Shown here in pieces: positions 37,882 to 47,876 of a stretch of DNA of 64,000 bases; position 1 is the stretch's first letter, and every line of letters begins with the position of its first letter. The DNA is from an uncultured Candidatus Saccharibacteria bacterium (GTDB lineage: Bacteria; Patescibacteriota; Minisyncoccia; Phycocordibacterales; UBA6899): assembly GCA_964469335.1 (NCBI GenBank), contig CAYXYK010000002.1, positions 125,549 through 189,548 on the forward strand, read 5' to 3'. Under the pieces are notes generated by a model. It saw only the letters and a list, made by a program, of their open reading frames with translations, was not told the origin of the DNA and did no database searches. Made by a program: the position numbers and the translations under genes.

Positions 37882-38091
37882 TTATGTCTCAGAAGCGAGC
37901 TGCTTCTTCACTTCTTCGAATTCATTCTCCAGTTCCTTCAGTCGCGAGCGGGATGCCTTGATCAGTTCAGCTCCCTCTTTGATCCGCTCTAATCCTTTCT
38001 CGACGTCTATCTCGTCCTGCGACTCGAACCATGTCGTGATAGCACGGAGTTTCTTTATCGTTTCGGTAAGATTGATGTTGTTCTTTGTCAT
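37882..38091 (-). CDS. xseB: exodeoxyribonuclease VII small subunit
   Basis: MTKNNINLTETIKKLRAITTWFESQDEIDVEKGLERIKEG is an XseB helical hairpin. The ORF track extends upstream to 38172. Confidence 0.75.
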   Translation of the reverse strand: MTKNNINLTETIKKLRAITTWFESQDEIDVEKGLERIKEGAELIKASRSRLKELENEFEEVKKQLASET

Positions 38092-38095
38092 GATG

Positions 38096-39706
38096 TTATC
38101 GGTCAGGACTGGTAATATCTGTGATTGTTGCATCCAGTGTACCATCCGCGAGTCTTGCCTCAAAACGGTCACCCTTTTTCAGCTCTTTCACAGAACGAAT
38201 GACGCCGCTCCCTCCGGAAAGGATGCTATAGCCGAGTTTGAGCTGTCTGAGCGGGTTATGTGTTTCGAGTTCGACCGCAATGCGCTCCAGCTCGTGCGTG
38301 GTGTTCTTGAGGAACAGTAAGAATCTCGTACTGATCCGCTCCAGTGCATCGTTCGTCTCGATACGGATCTGATCTAGAGCATGGGCAAGGATCGGTACAT
38401 ATGACTCGATTGTGCGAGCGACTCTGTCGAAGGACTGCGCGAGCGAGGAAAAAATACGAGACAATCCGGACTCAAGCTGAATGATCTCACTGCGCACCTG
38501 CTCGATTCCCTCGCTCACTCCGAATATGAGTGTCCGCTCGATGATCCGAAGCTCACTTTCTGCATCTTTCCATGACGAGTTGAGAAGCGCGGTCGCGGCA
38601 GTTGGAGTCGAGGGTGCGTGATCCGCGGCAAGCTGAGCGAGTGGGACATCTTTATCGTGGCCGATGGCGCAAATGACAGGTTTCGGAAATTCAGAAATAG
38701 CGCGAACTACAAGCTCGTGATTGAACGCCTGGAGACTTTCGAGTGATCCTCCACCTCGGATGACGACCAGTACGTCGATAGGTTTATCCTTCCAATACTT
38801 GAGCGCAGAGAGCAACTCTTTTACCGCACCGATGCCTTCGACACGTGCATCCGTGAGTCTGACCTTGTAACCATAGCTCCCTAGGTTATTCAGGAAGTCG
38901 TGGATGACCGCACCTTGCTTCGAGGTGACAAGTCCGATGTGTTCAGGAAAGTCGGGCAGTGGACGCTTCTTTTCAGTCGCAAATACACCCTCTGCGTCGA
39001 ACTTCTTTTTAAGTACATCATATGCTTTTTTGAGTGCGCCTTCACCGACAAGCTCGACGGTCTGGGCTCTGAATGACAGTCTTCCGGTAGGCTTGTACAC
39101 TTCACTCTTTCCTTCGACGATAACTTCGAGTCCCTCCTCAAGAGTCACTCCGGAGAGGTGGTAATCAGAAAGCCACATGAACAAGTTCATCGTGCTGTTA
39201 TCATCCTTATCACGCATGCTCATATACACCGCACTCCCTTGCTGCTTCACACTGGTAATCTCCCCTTTCACTCTTGCAGTGAAGCGCCACAGTGCAGCGT
39301 TAACGATATCAAGGTAGGTCGAAACTGTGTATGACATCTCCTCGACGAACTGTTCACGAATATCCTTCGTATCATCAGCCTTTGCAAGCGACCCAAGACG
39401 TTCCATGGAGTCTCCGCGGGTCGTTTCACTCGCGACACTGTGTCCGCCGCCGAATTCTTGTACAAGGTCTAGGATTGTTTTTCCATAGGCATGATACTTC
39501 GCGTCCTTGATCCCCTTGATGGCCGTAAGTTCTTCTTTGGTCTTGGGCAGTGCTCTCACGATCTCATCGAGTGCAGTATTCGGCAGGATGCGAAAGAGCT
39601 CAACGCCACGTTTGGATGCCTCGTTGTCTCGCCATCCGTAGAGAGCTTGTCTGAGATTCATACAAGCATTTAAGCATGCTTTCTTGTCTATCGCGAAGAG
39701 CTTCAT
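38096..39706 (-). CDS. xseA: exodeoxyribonuclease VII large subunit with an N-terminal HRDC-like domain
   Basis: OB-fold plus catalytic core (VIRGGGSLESLQAFN, ICAIGHDKD). The roughly 100-aa N-terminal extension (LRQALYGWRDNEASKRGVELFRILPNTALDEIVRALPKTKEELTAIKGIKDAKYHAYGKTILDL) matches the HRDC pattern. 536 aa. Confidence 0.85.
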   Translation of the reverse strand: MKLFAIDKKACLNACMNLRQALYGWRDNEASKRGVELFRILPNTALDEIVRALPKTKEELTAIKGIKDAKYHAYGKTILDLVQEFGGGHSVASETTRGDSMERLGSLAKADDTKDIREQFVEEMSYTVSTYLDIVNAALWRFTARVKGEITSVKQQGSAVYMSMRDKDDNSTMNLFMWLSDYHLSGVTLEEGLEVIVEGKSEVYKPTGRLSFRAQTVELVGEGALKKAYDVLKKKFDAEGVFATEKKRPLPDFPEHIGLVTSKQGAVIHDFLNNLGSYGYKVRLTDARVEGIGAVKELLSALKYWKDKPIDVLVVIRGGGSLESLQAFNHELVVRAISEFPKPVICAIGHDKDVPLAQLAADHAPSTPTAATALLNSSWKDAESELRIIERTLIFGVSEGIEQVRSEIIQLESGLSRIFSSLAQSFDRVARTIESYVPILAHALDQIRIETNDALERISTRFLLFLKNTTHELERIAVELETHNPLRQLKLGYSILSGGSGVIRSVKELKKGDRFEARLADGTLDATITDITSPDR

Positions 39707-39806
39707 TCTTCTCCATGATAAGAGATACTAACCTGATTCATTGACAGTACTTGAGTAAAGTATTTTAATCCAAACGGTCGTTCTTGACCGTAACAACGAG
39801 GAAATC

Positions 39807-40163
39807 ATGAATAGCACTCTCGCGAAGTGGGATGATCTGGCTGCCCACCCGAGCATCAAGGGCAAGCGTCTCACGGTGATCAATCCGCTTGGCATCAGCC
39901 TGCGCGGGCCGATTGCATCGGTGCGGGTCGACAAGGTACGCTGTCGGGTGCACATCAGCATCCGCTCCGGCGAAATGGAGATGAGTACTGGAGCGGAACG
40001 TCCGGTCTGGGTGCCAGCAAGCGATATCGACGAAACCATCAGCTTCGTCATCGGTGCGAATTGCACTCCCCCCGCTCTAACACCCGAGGCAACCACCGCG
40101 ATGATCGGCGTCGGCATCTCCTTGTCGATCAGCAACATCGTGGAGCATCCTGTCCCCGCCTGA
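39807..40163 (+). CDS. hypothetical protein, GC-rich plus-strand island gene
   Basis: 118 aa. GAGGAAA RBS 4 nt before the ATG. A bidirectional terminator follows. Overlaps an alternative minus-strand ORF that has no signals. Confidence 0.45.
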   Translation: MNSTLAKWDDLAAHPSIKGKRLTVINPLGISLRGPIASVRVDKVRCRVHISIRSGEMEMSTGAERPVWVPASDIDETISFVIGANCTPPALTPEATTAMIGVGISLSISNIVEHPVPA

Positions 40164-40181
40164 ACACAACCCTGCTTCCAC

Positions 40182-40212
40182 AAAAAGCGCCCCGGATGGG
40201 GCGTTTCTCTTT
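40182..40212. terminator. bidirectional intrinsic terminator (GCGCCCC-GGAT-GGGGCGT with T-runs on both strands)
   Basis: Read from the sequence. It lies between the convergent 39807-40163 (+) and 40235-40885 (-) genes. Confidence 0.65.
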
Positions 40213-40234
40213 AAAGAATAAAAAGCAATCCGCT

Positions 40235-40885
40235 TTATGACTTCTCTCCAGTTGTGAGCATGATGGTGGTATCACCCCCTTTCTCATCACCTTGTATGAC
40301 TACAGTGAGTTCGAGTGTGCCGTTCTCTGCGGAATACATCGAATATTGTGCGGACATATTCATGCTCTGCAATGTTTTCCATCCGTTCTCAGAAAGTGAT
40401 TTTTTATAGTAGTTCGCTACGTTGTCATACGAATCTTTGGTGGTCATCGATACGGAGTAAGCGGTCTTCCCACTGTCACTTGATGTTACATTACTCACAA
40501 CGGTCGCTCCTGAATAGACAGGCGCAGCAGAAGGAAAGTTGTCTGGGAGTTTCGCTCCGGCGCCGACGGTGACGGTATTGCCCTTATTGTCGGTCGCATT
40601 GTAAGTGCCGTCGCCACTCGTGTTCACCTTGACCGTTGCGCCGTCCTTGTCAGTGATCGTATACGATCCGCCTTCCATGGGATTTCCCGAGACATGCACG
40701 CCCTCTGATGCGAGTTTTGCGTTGACTGCTCCCATTACGAACATACCCATCACATACTTCGCGCCATACCCGACTATCGCCAGTACGACGACCGCGATAA
40801 TGATGTATTTGACCGTATTGTTCTTCGTAGCTGTGGGTGCCGGAGCACTTCCCTGCCCGCCCTCATTCTTCACTTCCTCGCTCAT
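40235..40885 (-). CDS. membrane-anchored Ser/Thr/Gly-rich hypothetical protein
   Basis: 216 aa. TM helix near the N-terminus, then a beta-rich extracellular region. Confidence 0.5.
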   Translation of the reverse strand: MSEEVKNEGGQGSAPAPTATKNNTVKYIIIAVVVLAIVGYGAKYVMGMFVMGAVNAKLASEGVHVSGNPMEGGSYTITDKDGATVKVNTSGDGTYNATDNKGNTVTVGAGAKLPDNFPSAAPVYSGATVVSNVTSSDSGKTAYSVSMTTKDSYDNVANYYKKSLSENGWKTLQSMNMSAQYSMYSAENGTLELTVVIQGDEKGGDTTIMLTTGEKS

Positions 40886-40972
40886 ATGAAAAAAGTTATC
40901 GATTATTGAATTAAGTATACCGCGAAAACTATGTGCAGAAACTCCCGGATGTCCCTAGAGTTTCCATCGCTA

Positions 40973-43900
40973 TCATTTGGTCAAGACCTGTGAATCTGTG
41001 GGCAAATTCTTAACCAAGAAGTCTGTGTTCCAGTCGTTCGTGGTCAACGAGTGACCAGTGATCGATTCGTCAGACCAGACAAAGGTTGCTGGGGTCGCTG
41101 CAGCGAGAGTTGCCGCAGTCGGTGCAGCATATCCGAGACCAGAAGAACCAATGCTGGTCGAGAATGTGTCACCAGGTTGAAGTATGCCGATGATGGTAGC
41201 TTTGACTACGTACGTTTTTGAGCCAACTACCTCCTGATCTTGGGTAGAAGTTAATGTTATTGAACTCGAGGTGGTCGAAACAGTTACCCCAATAAGTGGT
41301 ACTGATTGGTTTGCTGCATCATAAATTGCAACCGATGAGTATCCAACATTTTGTGATTTTGACACATTCAACTTAATTTTTTCCCAAGAGATAGCCCCAC
41401 CTGCATCAGCAGTGACACTGAACTGTGCAATTGTCTGAGTTCCGAACGTGAGAATGGTGGTTGGCAGCGCGACATTGGTAATCGTCGGCTTGGTTTTGTA
41501 GGCATATGACGGATATCCGACAAGGCTAATGATGCTTCCGCTATCAAGATTCGTTCCGCCAGAGTTCTGGTATTTGTATGACACGAGTGCAACTCCAACG
41601 TTAGCTCCTGAGTTTCCGGCACCTGTTCCTATAGAACCGAGATTTGCATAGATGTCGATGACTTTGTTTGAGTTATATGAGATTGGGATCGAAAGTCCTG
41701 TCTTGGTCGCAACGTTTCCATCGAATGTCTGTCTTCCTAGTTCGGTTGCCCCATCTTTGAATACAAGTTCAATAATTGCTGAGGGGTCGGTTGTAGTAGC
41801 GGTAAGTTCAGTGATGGTGAATGCCTCGTTAAGTGCTGTGAACTTGTATGATGCTATCTTGGGCATAGTGTTACCGACAACAAGTCGACTCACGGGAGTT
41901 GATGGATCGGTAGTTGCAGTTAGTTTTCCATTTCCTGCGGTGATTGTTTGCCCTCCCTCGGTTGGAGTTAATGCGGGCAACGTAACATATTTCCCCGCAT
42001 ACGAGACGGACAAATTCGGAGTAAAGAATGCGCCAGAGGGGGTATTTGGTGGTAGGTTTGCGTAGATTGCAACTGGTATCGTTTCCCCAAGTGGAAGTGT
42101 TGAACTACCAAGAGAGAAATTCATAATAGGTGACCAATCCTGAGGAGCGGTAGTCGTTCCACCATAGACAAGGAAGATATCTGTCGTTGAAGAGAATGGG
42201 AATACGCCAGAAAGCTGGAGTGTGCCGCTGCGAAGTATGATGTCTTCAGCTCCGCTTGCGGATAGTCGGAACTCACTGATTTTGTATGTTGTCTGAGGAG
42301 TAACAACTGTTTGATTATTGTATCCAGGATATTTCAATAGTGCCACTTGTGATTTTTTGAGCGAAAGTGTGTTGCCATTCACGTAATTCGGAAGTGATCC
42401 TACAAGTGAGGGCATGTTAACCCAACTGAAACTGTTATTCGTAGGCTTGATCTGGACTGTGATCGTATCTCCATCAGATAGACTCACCCCAGTGCTCTCA
42501 CGCACATGTCCGCGAATTTCAATCGTACTTGTTGAACCCGCGGGGACAATAAGGCTATTACCAAATCCTACGCTGATTCCGTTAAGTGGTATGGGTGAAG
42601 GTGCAGAGTAGAATGTTCCATTAATGAGGATTACTAAACCTACAAGCGAAGTGACGCCTGGGTTACTTGTAGTAAAGCCAAAATTCAGGTTATGTACTTG
42701 AAGTGTTCCTGTGGCACTCCCTATATCATATTTAGCCAACGGAACATTTAAACCGCGAAGTGGGATGTTACCTGCAGGACTTGAGGTTGATTTGGTGATT
42801 GTAACCATCGGAGCTTGTGGAGGGGCAGTATTTATTGTGATGGTTCCTGCAGTCAATGGCAGGAATGATCCTCCAAAAACAGTAGATGCTAGATATCCAG
42901 ATGATAATGAATCGTATATCTGCACATCCGAGACAGTTAACACTGAGAATGCGATTGACGTGCCTCCTCCTCCAACGATATCACCAAGCAATTGGAGCGT
43001 ATGTGATCCGGGGCTAAGGGTCATATTAGGGACGAACGAGACAGTTTTGGTCGCAGAAAGTGAAGATGATGCGAGTCCTCTTTGGACACCATCAACGAGC
43101 AAGCGGAAATTCACAATTGCATTTACCGGGGCAGTGCCGCTCGCAGAGAAATTGATATAGTCAATTCTCGTAGTAGTGGGACCTACGTGAAGTGTGTTCT
43201 GCCACATAACAACATCAGATTGAATGTCCCAGTTGCCTGTTGATGGGAGTGTTATTCCGAAATCGATCGATGTTGGTTGAGGAGGAGGTGGGGGTACGAC
43301 AGGAAGCGCGAGGGTGGTGAACGTCCTGGTGGTCGAGGTACCGGTGTTCCCTGCTGCATCCTTGGCGACGACGAAGTATGAGTAGGTCGTCGACGGAGTG
43401 AGGCTCTTCAGCTGCTCGAATCCGAATATCGATGTCGCAGACGCTATGCGGACTTGTGGTGTTATGCCGTCAGTGAAATAGAGATCACTCTGCGCTACTT
43501 CACTCGTTTTCCAATTTACTTGTGCGGTAGAGGTACCGATGTTTCCAGAAATGAGGAGCTCAAACGTGGGAGCAGTGATATCTGCAGGAGGAGGTGGAGG
43601 CGGTGGAGGTACCACGATCGGGAGCGGGAGCGTGGTGAATGAGCGCGACGACGAGGTCGCTGTGTTCCCTGCTGCGTCGGTCGCAACAACCACGTAGTCG
43701 TAGGTGGTCGATGCGGTGAGGGCTGAGAGTGGTACGCTCTGCGCGGTGACGCCGCTTGCACCATTTTTATTCCTGAGCACAGCGCCGTCGGAGTAGTAGA
43801 CCTTGCCGCTCGCTTTCTCGTTGGTATTCCAATTCACCGCCGCCGATGAGGTGCTGATGCCTACAACAGCAATATTCGAGATCACTGGAGCGGTCGTGTC

Positions 43901-44179
43901 GGGTGTGGTGGTCGGCTTACCATGATTGCCGCGATCATCCTTGTCGTGACCTTTGCCCTCATGCTTCTCACTTTTTTCCTCGCGGCGTTCTTCCTTCTTC
44001 GACTCTTCTTTTTCTTTCTTCACTTCCTTGTGTTCGAACTTCTGTACGAACGAAGTCCAGACGCGAGAACCCCACCATGATGATTGGTTCTCTTTTGCAA
44101 AGGCGATATTCGCCGAGGATGTGCTGAGTAATACGAATACGGAAATGATCGCCACTTGGGCGATGACGCGCTTATTCAT
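40973..44179 (-). CDS. large secreted cell-surface protein with two fibronectin type III repeats and poly-Pro linkers
   Basis: 1068 aa. Signal peptide, then a KE-rich segment. Two FN3-like repeats (TTAPVISNIAVVGISTSSAAVNWNT... and ITAPTFELLISGNIGTSTAQVNWKT...), each followed by a PPPPPPP run. Long beta-rich C-terminal region. Confidence 0.75.
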   Translation of the reverse strand: MNKRVIAQVAIISVFVLLSTSSANIAFAKENQSSWWGSRVWTSFVQKFEHKEVKKEKEESKKEERREEKSEKHEGKGHDKDDRGNHGKPTTTPDTTAPVISNIAVVGISTSSAAVNWNTNEKASGKVYYSDGAVLRNKNGASGVTAQSVPLSALTASTTYDYVVVATDAAGNTATSSSRSFTTLPLPIVVPPPPPPPPADITAPTFELLISGNIGTSTAQVNWKTSEVAQSDLYFTDGITPQVRIASATSIFGFEQLKSLTPSTTYSYFVVAKDAAGNTGTSTTRTFTTLALPVVPPPPPQPTSIDFGITLPSTGNWDIQSDVVMWQNTLHVGPTTTRIDYINFSASGTAPVNAIVNFRLLVDGVQRGLASSSLSATKTVSFVPNMTLSPGSHTLQLLGDIVGGGGTSIAFSVLTVSDVQIYDSLSSGYLASTVFGGSFLPLTAGTITINTAPPQAPMVTITKSTSSPAGNIPLRGLNVPLAKYDIGSATGTLQVHNLNFGFTTSNPGVTSLVGLVILINGTFYSAPSPIPLNGISVGFGNSLIVPAGSTSTIEIRGHVRESTGVSLSDGDTITVQIKPTNNSFSWVNMPSLVGSLPNYVNGNTLSLKKSQVALLKYPGYNNQTVVTPQTTYKISEFRLSASGAEDIILRSGTLQLSGVFPFSSTTDIFLVYGGTTTAPQDWSPIMNFSLGSSTLPLGETIPVAIYANLPPNTPSGAFFTPNLSVSYAGKYVTLPALTPTEGGQTITAGNGKLTATTDPSTPVSRLVVGNTMPKIASYKFTALNEAFTITELTATTTDPSAIIELVFKDGATELGRQTFDGNVATKTGLSIPISYNSNKVIDIYANLGSIGTGAGNSGANVGVALVSYKYQNSGGTNLDSGSIISLVGYPSYAYKTKPTITNVALPTTILTFGTQTIAQFSVTADAGGAISWEKIKLNVSKSQNVGYSSVAIYDAANQSVPLIGVTVSTTSSSITLTSTQDQEVVGSKTYVVKATIIGILQPGDTFSTSIGSSGLGYAAPTAATLAAATPATFVWSDESITGHSLTTNDWNTDFLVKNLPTDSQVLTK

Positions 44180-44469
44180 GTGGAATAGCTAGGAATAATG
44201 GGTTACAAAATGCGGAGCTAGGGTGCCCTCTGCTCATATCTTTGTACCACCACCTCAAAAACCCACAAGAATTGACAGTTCCTGAAAAGAAGGCGGGATA
44301 TAAGCTCACGCTGCTTACATAATTCGTTGGAGTAAGTACTTTCAAAAAAATTCAAATAAATTTAATTTCCATCCTTCTCCTTTTGACACCGAGAACAAAG
44401 GGGGTTAGCAAGTGAACTCCAAGTCGTACTGTGATGAGCAGCAGAAGCTCCATAAAGCCGCAGATGAGG

Positions 44470-47400
44470 CTATTTCGTCGTGTTCTCGAGCAGGGCGTCT
44501 TCGAATGCGATAATCCCATCCACATCCTTGGAATAGGCTTCCACATCCGGGAAATCGAGCGTAATGATCTTCTTGTGCACCGCAACGATCAACTTTTTCA
44601 GCCGTTCGACATCAGCATCGGTGATCTGGCTCACCAGCGTCTTGATCTCACCGTCCACCGGTTCGAGGAATTCGAGGGTGCCTTCGCTCACCTTCTTCCC
44701 AACAAATTCATGCGCGCCTTCGACCAAGATCTTGTAGAACACCAGCTGACGTCTGTAGTTATAAAGGGTGATCTTCTCGCGCGAATCCTTCCCACCCCAA
44801 TCATATTTAGCTTTTCCGGTCTTGAAGTCGATCACATGCACCGCTCCATCCTCATCGACCATCTTGTCGATCTTGCCGGTGAGGTGCACATCTTCGACCA
44901 CCACACCCTGTGAGCGAAAATCGACTTCAGAACGGTCTGTCTTCTTCGCGTGCTTTCCCCTCACTTCCCACCATACTTTGAGCGCTGCTTCGCCATGCTC
45001 GCGAAAATGACTGCGCTCGGAAATCATCATTCGCTCTTTCTCGATCGCTTCACTAAAGTATGTGATCAATTTCTTTTCAGTTGGTACTTTGCCTGTCATG
45101 TGCAGCTCGCGATAAAAGAGTTCGATCGCTTTATGCATGGCATTCCCGAATGAAGACGATGGACTCATTGCCTGCGGGAAGCGCAGCAGATTCTGCTCGA
45201 GGAATGCTGTCGGCCCGCCGATCGCGACATTGAGGAAGTTGTTGAGGTGGGTGACGCTCATGCGGTAATCCTTCACTAGTTCTTTCAGGATCGCCTGCTC
45301 CCCTACAGTGACTGGGAAGAATGAAGGGTGATCGGGAACATTTGCTATCGCCTCCACTATTTCCTCTGGCGAAAGAATGGTCTCATTCTCGGTCAAGTGG
45401 GTAGCGAGTGCGCCTTCCGCTTTCTCCGGCTTGATATAGCTCACTGGAAGTGAATCCTTACCGCCATCATCCTTTCTGTATGCGCTGATGAACAGGCGCT
45501 GTTTTGCGCGTGTGAGTGCGACATAGAAGATGCGCAGGCGATCGTCGCCGCCCTCGCCGTTCTCGATGCCAGCGAGGTTGATCGGGAAAGGAAGCTTGTT
45601 GGGAAAGCCGCGACCTGCCCATACTTCTTCTTGGCAGGAGATCACGAACACGGTGTTGAACTCGAGCCCCTTCGCCTTGTGGGCGGTCATCAGGTTCACT
45701 GCATTGTCTGCGGAGGCGAACGGAGTGGTGTCTGCCAAGGTGATGCCGCTGCGCTCATGCATATCGGCGAATTCTACGAGGTCTGCGAGGTGGAGCTGCT
45801 TCCCTTTCCTGAACTCACGCAGTGAGCCGACGAACACGCGTAATGATGAAAGGAAGAGCAGATAGCGCGGTTCATTGGTTCTCCTTGAATGAGGGCCGAA
45901 ATAGTATTCGCGGAAGGTACTCTTCCATGTCTTTCCCTTCTTCTCATCGACAAAAGGATTCGCGGATTCATCGTGTCCATCATCGTCACCCCCACCGGGG
46001 AGCAGTACGCCGTCTGAGCCAATCAGCTCGTCGAGTATGCGTTCGAGTGGTTCGTGCTTGGCGCGAGCAGCGACCTCGATCAACCAGTCTGCGATGCCAC
46101 GTATCTTTGCATCCGGACTGTCTTTCATCGCACCTATCCAGGTGCGGTCGTCACGACGGCCAGCGTCTACCGAGAGGCGCCATACTGCTTCGCGAGAAAG
46201 TTCCCAGAACGGTGCGGTAAGGATCTCGGGGAGAAAGTGGTCCGCTTCATTCTTGTCACTCGTAATGAGGGTGACGATGTAACGGGCGAGGGTGACGATG
46301 ATGCGGATATGCTCTTCTTCGAACACGTTCTGCTTGCGCTCGTAGTTTATAGGGATGCCGCTCCGCACCAAGACGCGTGCAACGTCTTCGAGTTCACGAT
46401 GGCGGCGTGTAATGATCGCTATTTCCTTGGGCGGGACACCATCGGCTATCGACTGCTTCACCTCACGCGCAACGTAGGTGTATTCATGTGCCCTAGTCGG
46501 AAGCAACATATGAACAATGTGACCTTCGCCAAGTTCGGGTCGCTCGGACACCAGCTTCTTCTCGAGGGATGGGATCACTCGCTCGAGTCGCTCTTCACTC
46601 TTTTCGATCACTTCGCGTGCGACATCGAGGATGCGTTGAGTCGAACGATAGTTCTTGGTCAGTACAATCAGCGCGTGTTCTTTGAAGTGCTTGGGGAAGT
46701 CGAGGATGTTGGAGATCTCTGCACCTTGGAAGCGATAGATCGCTTGGTCGTCATCACCGACGATCATGATGTTGGCCTTGCCTTCGGAGACTTCCGCGCT
46801 GCCGAGTGCGCGCACGAGCTTGAGCTGTGCGTCATTGGTATCTTGGAATTCGTCGACGAGGATGTATTGATAGCGCTCTTGTAGGTCAGAGAGGAGTGCT
46901 GGATGCTCCTCGAACGCAGATACGACATCAAGGAGCATATCGTCGAAATCGTAGTAGCCCGCTTTCCACATTTTTTCGCGATAGCGAGTGTATACTCGAG
47001 CAAGTGAGCGCATCTTCGCGAGATAGAGTTCATCTTTGAATACTTTGACCCCATCTTCGCCGAGCTTCATCCATGACTGTTTCCACGCAGAAAGCGGAGC
47101 GGTCTTATCCTCCTCGACAGCCTGTTTGAGTGCGCGCGAGAGCGAGAGTCCAACCATGTGCGAGAGCGAAAGCTCGGTGGTAGGAGTGGTGTCCTTCTTG
47201 CTTCCGAGTGCGAGTTCCTCGGCAGCCTTTGCGACCGGCGCGAATGCTGTCTTGGAAAGTCGATCACCCAAAAGTTCGCCGAGGAGTTTGCTGACCTTGG
47301 GGAGCTCCTTCTCGTTCTTGTCGATCAATGTGGTGAATTCCTTCGGGGTAATGCCTGCCTGTTTCAAAAGTCCGATCGATCGGCGCGCATCTTTGATGTA

Positions 47401-47850
47401 TGAATATTGATCCTCATGCTTCACTGAGAGTGGATCCGTGCGTGGAAGCTCTCCGAACACCGATTCGAGGATCTCAAGTTGGGTGAGTTCGTCGGCAGCC
47501 ATGAAGTCTGCGCCGCTGTAGAAGAATTCTGGGTACGACGCGATCACTTCTCGCGCAAAGCCGTGGAAGGTATAGACACCAACCTTGTATCCGGCCGGGC
47601 CGATGATATCAGAGAGGCGCTCGCGCATGTTGACCTGTGCCGCATCAGTGAATGTGAGGCAGAGGATGTTGCCGGGGCGGATATCAGTCTGTTTCAGAAT
47701 GTTGCCGACACGGAGAGACAGTACCTGGGTCTTCCCTGTTCCGGGGCCAGCGATGACCATCACTGGACCTTCAATGGTATCGACGGCTTTCTTTTGCTCA
47801 GGGTTAAGCTTCTTGTATGCTTCCTCAAACTCTGGAGTGGTGAGCTGCAT
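44470..47850 (-). CDS. AddA/PcrA-like UvrD-family helicase with C-terminal PD-(D/E)XK nuclease domain
   Basis: AGPGTGKTQVL Walker A, UvrD helicase motifs, C-terminal RecB-like nuclease (VIDFKTGKAKYDW...LVFYKIL). 1126 aa. Confidence 0.85.
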   Translation of the reverse strand: MQLTTPEFEEAYKKLNPEQKKAVDTIEGPVMVIAGPGTGKTQVLSLRVGNILKQTDIRPGNILCLTFTDAAQVNMRERLSDIIGPAGYKVGVYTFHGFAREVIASYPEFFYSGADFMAADELTQLEILESVFGELPRTDPLSVKHEDQYSYIKDARRSIGLLKQAGITPKEFTTLIDKNEKELPKVSKLLGELLGDRLSKTAFAPVAKAAEELALGSKKDTTPTTELSLSHMVGLSLSRALKQAVEEDKTAPLSAWKQSWMKLGEDGVKVFKDELYLAKMRSLARVYTRYREKMWKAGYYDFDDMLLDVVSAFEEHPALLSDLQERYQYILVDEFQDTNDAQLKLVRALGSAEVSEGKANIMIVGDDDQAIYRFQGAEISNILDFPKHFKEHALIVLTKNYRSTQRILDVAREVIEKSEERLERVIPSLEKKLVSERPELGEGHIVHMLLPTRAHEYTYVAREVKQSIADGVPPKEIAIITRRHRELEDVARVLVRSGIPINYERKQNVFEEEHIRIIVTLARYIVTLITSDKNEADHFLPEILTAPFWELSREAVWRLSVDAGRRDDRTWIGAMKDSPDAKIRGIADWLIEVAARAKHEPLERILDELIGSDGVLLPGGGDDDGHDESANPFVDEKKGKTWKSTFREYYFGPHSRRTNEPRYLLFLSSLRVFVGSLREFRKGKQLHLADLVEFADMHERSGITLADTTPFASADNAVNLMTAHKAKGLEFNTVFVISCQEEVWAGRGFPNKLPFPINLAGIENGEGGDDRLRIFYVALTRAKQRLFISAYRKDDGGKDSLPVSYIKPEKAEGALATHLTENETILSPEEIVEAIANVPDHPSFFPVTVGEQAILKELVKDYRMSVTHLNNFLNVAIGGPTAFLEQNLLRFPQAMSPSSSFGNAMHKAIELFYRELHMTGKVPTEKKLITYFSEAIEKERMMISERSHFREHGEAALKVWWEVRGKHAKKTDRSEVDFRSQGVVVEDVHLTGKIDKMVDEDGAVHVIDFKTGKAKYDWGGKDSREKITLYNYRRQLVFYKILVEGAHEFVGKKVSEGTLEFLEPVDGEIKTLVSQITDADVERLKKLIVAVHKKIITLDFPDVEAYSKDVDGIIAFEDALLENTTK

Positions 47851-47876
47851 CTGGCGATTATAGCATGAGAAGAGAA

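Noticed and set aside
39728-40183. 151-aa minus-strand ORF antisense to the 118-aa plus-strand gene
   Set aside because: It has no RBS and an Arg/Ser/Thr-rich, low-complexity composition. The plus-strand ORF has an SD and a downstream terminator.
43280-43600. Repetitive GGAGGTGGAGG nucleotide tracts
   Set aside because: They are the coding sequence for the poly-Pro linkers of the FN3 surface protein (reverse strand CCNCCN). They are not a repeat element or a CRISPR array.
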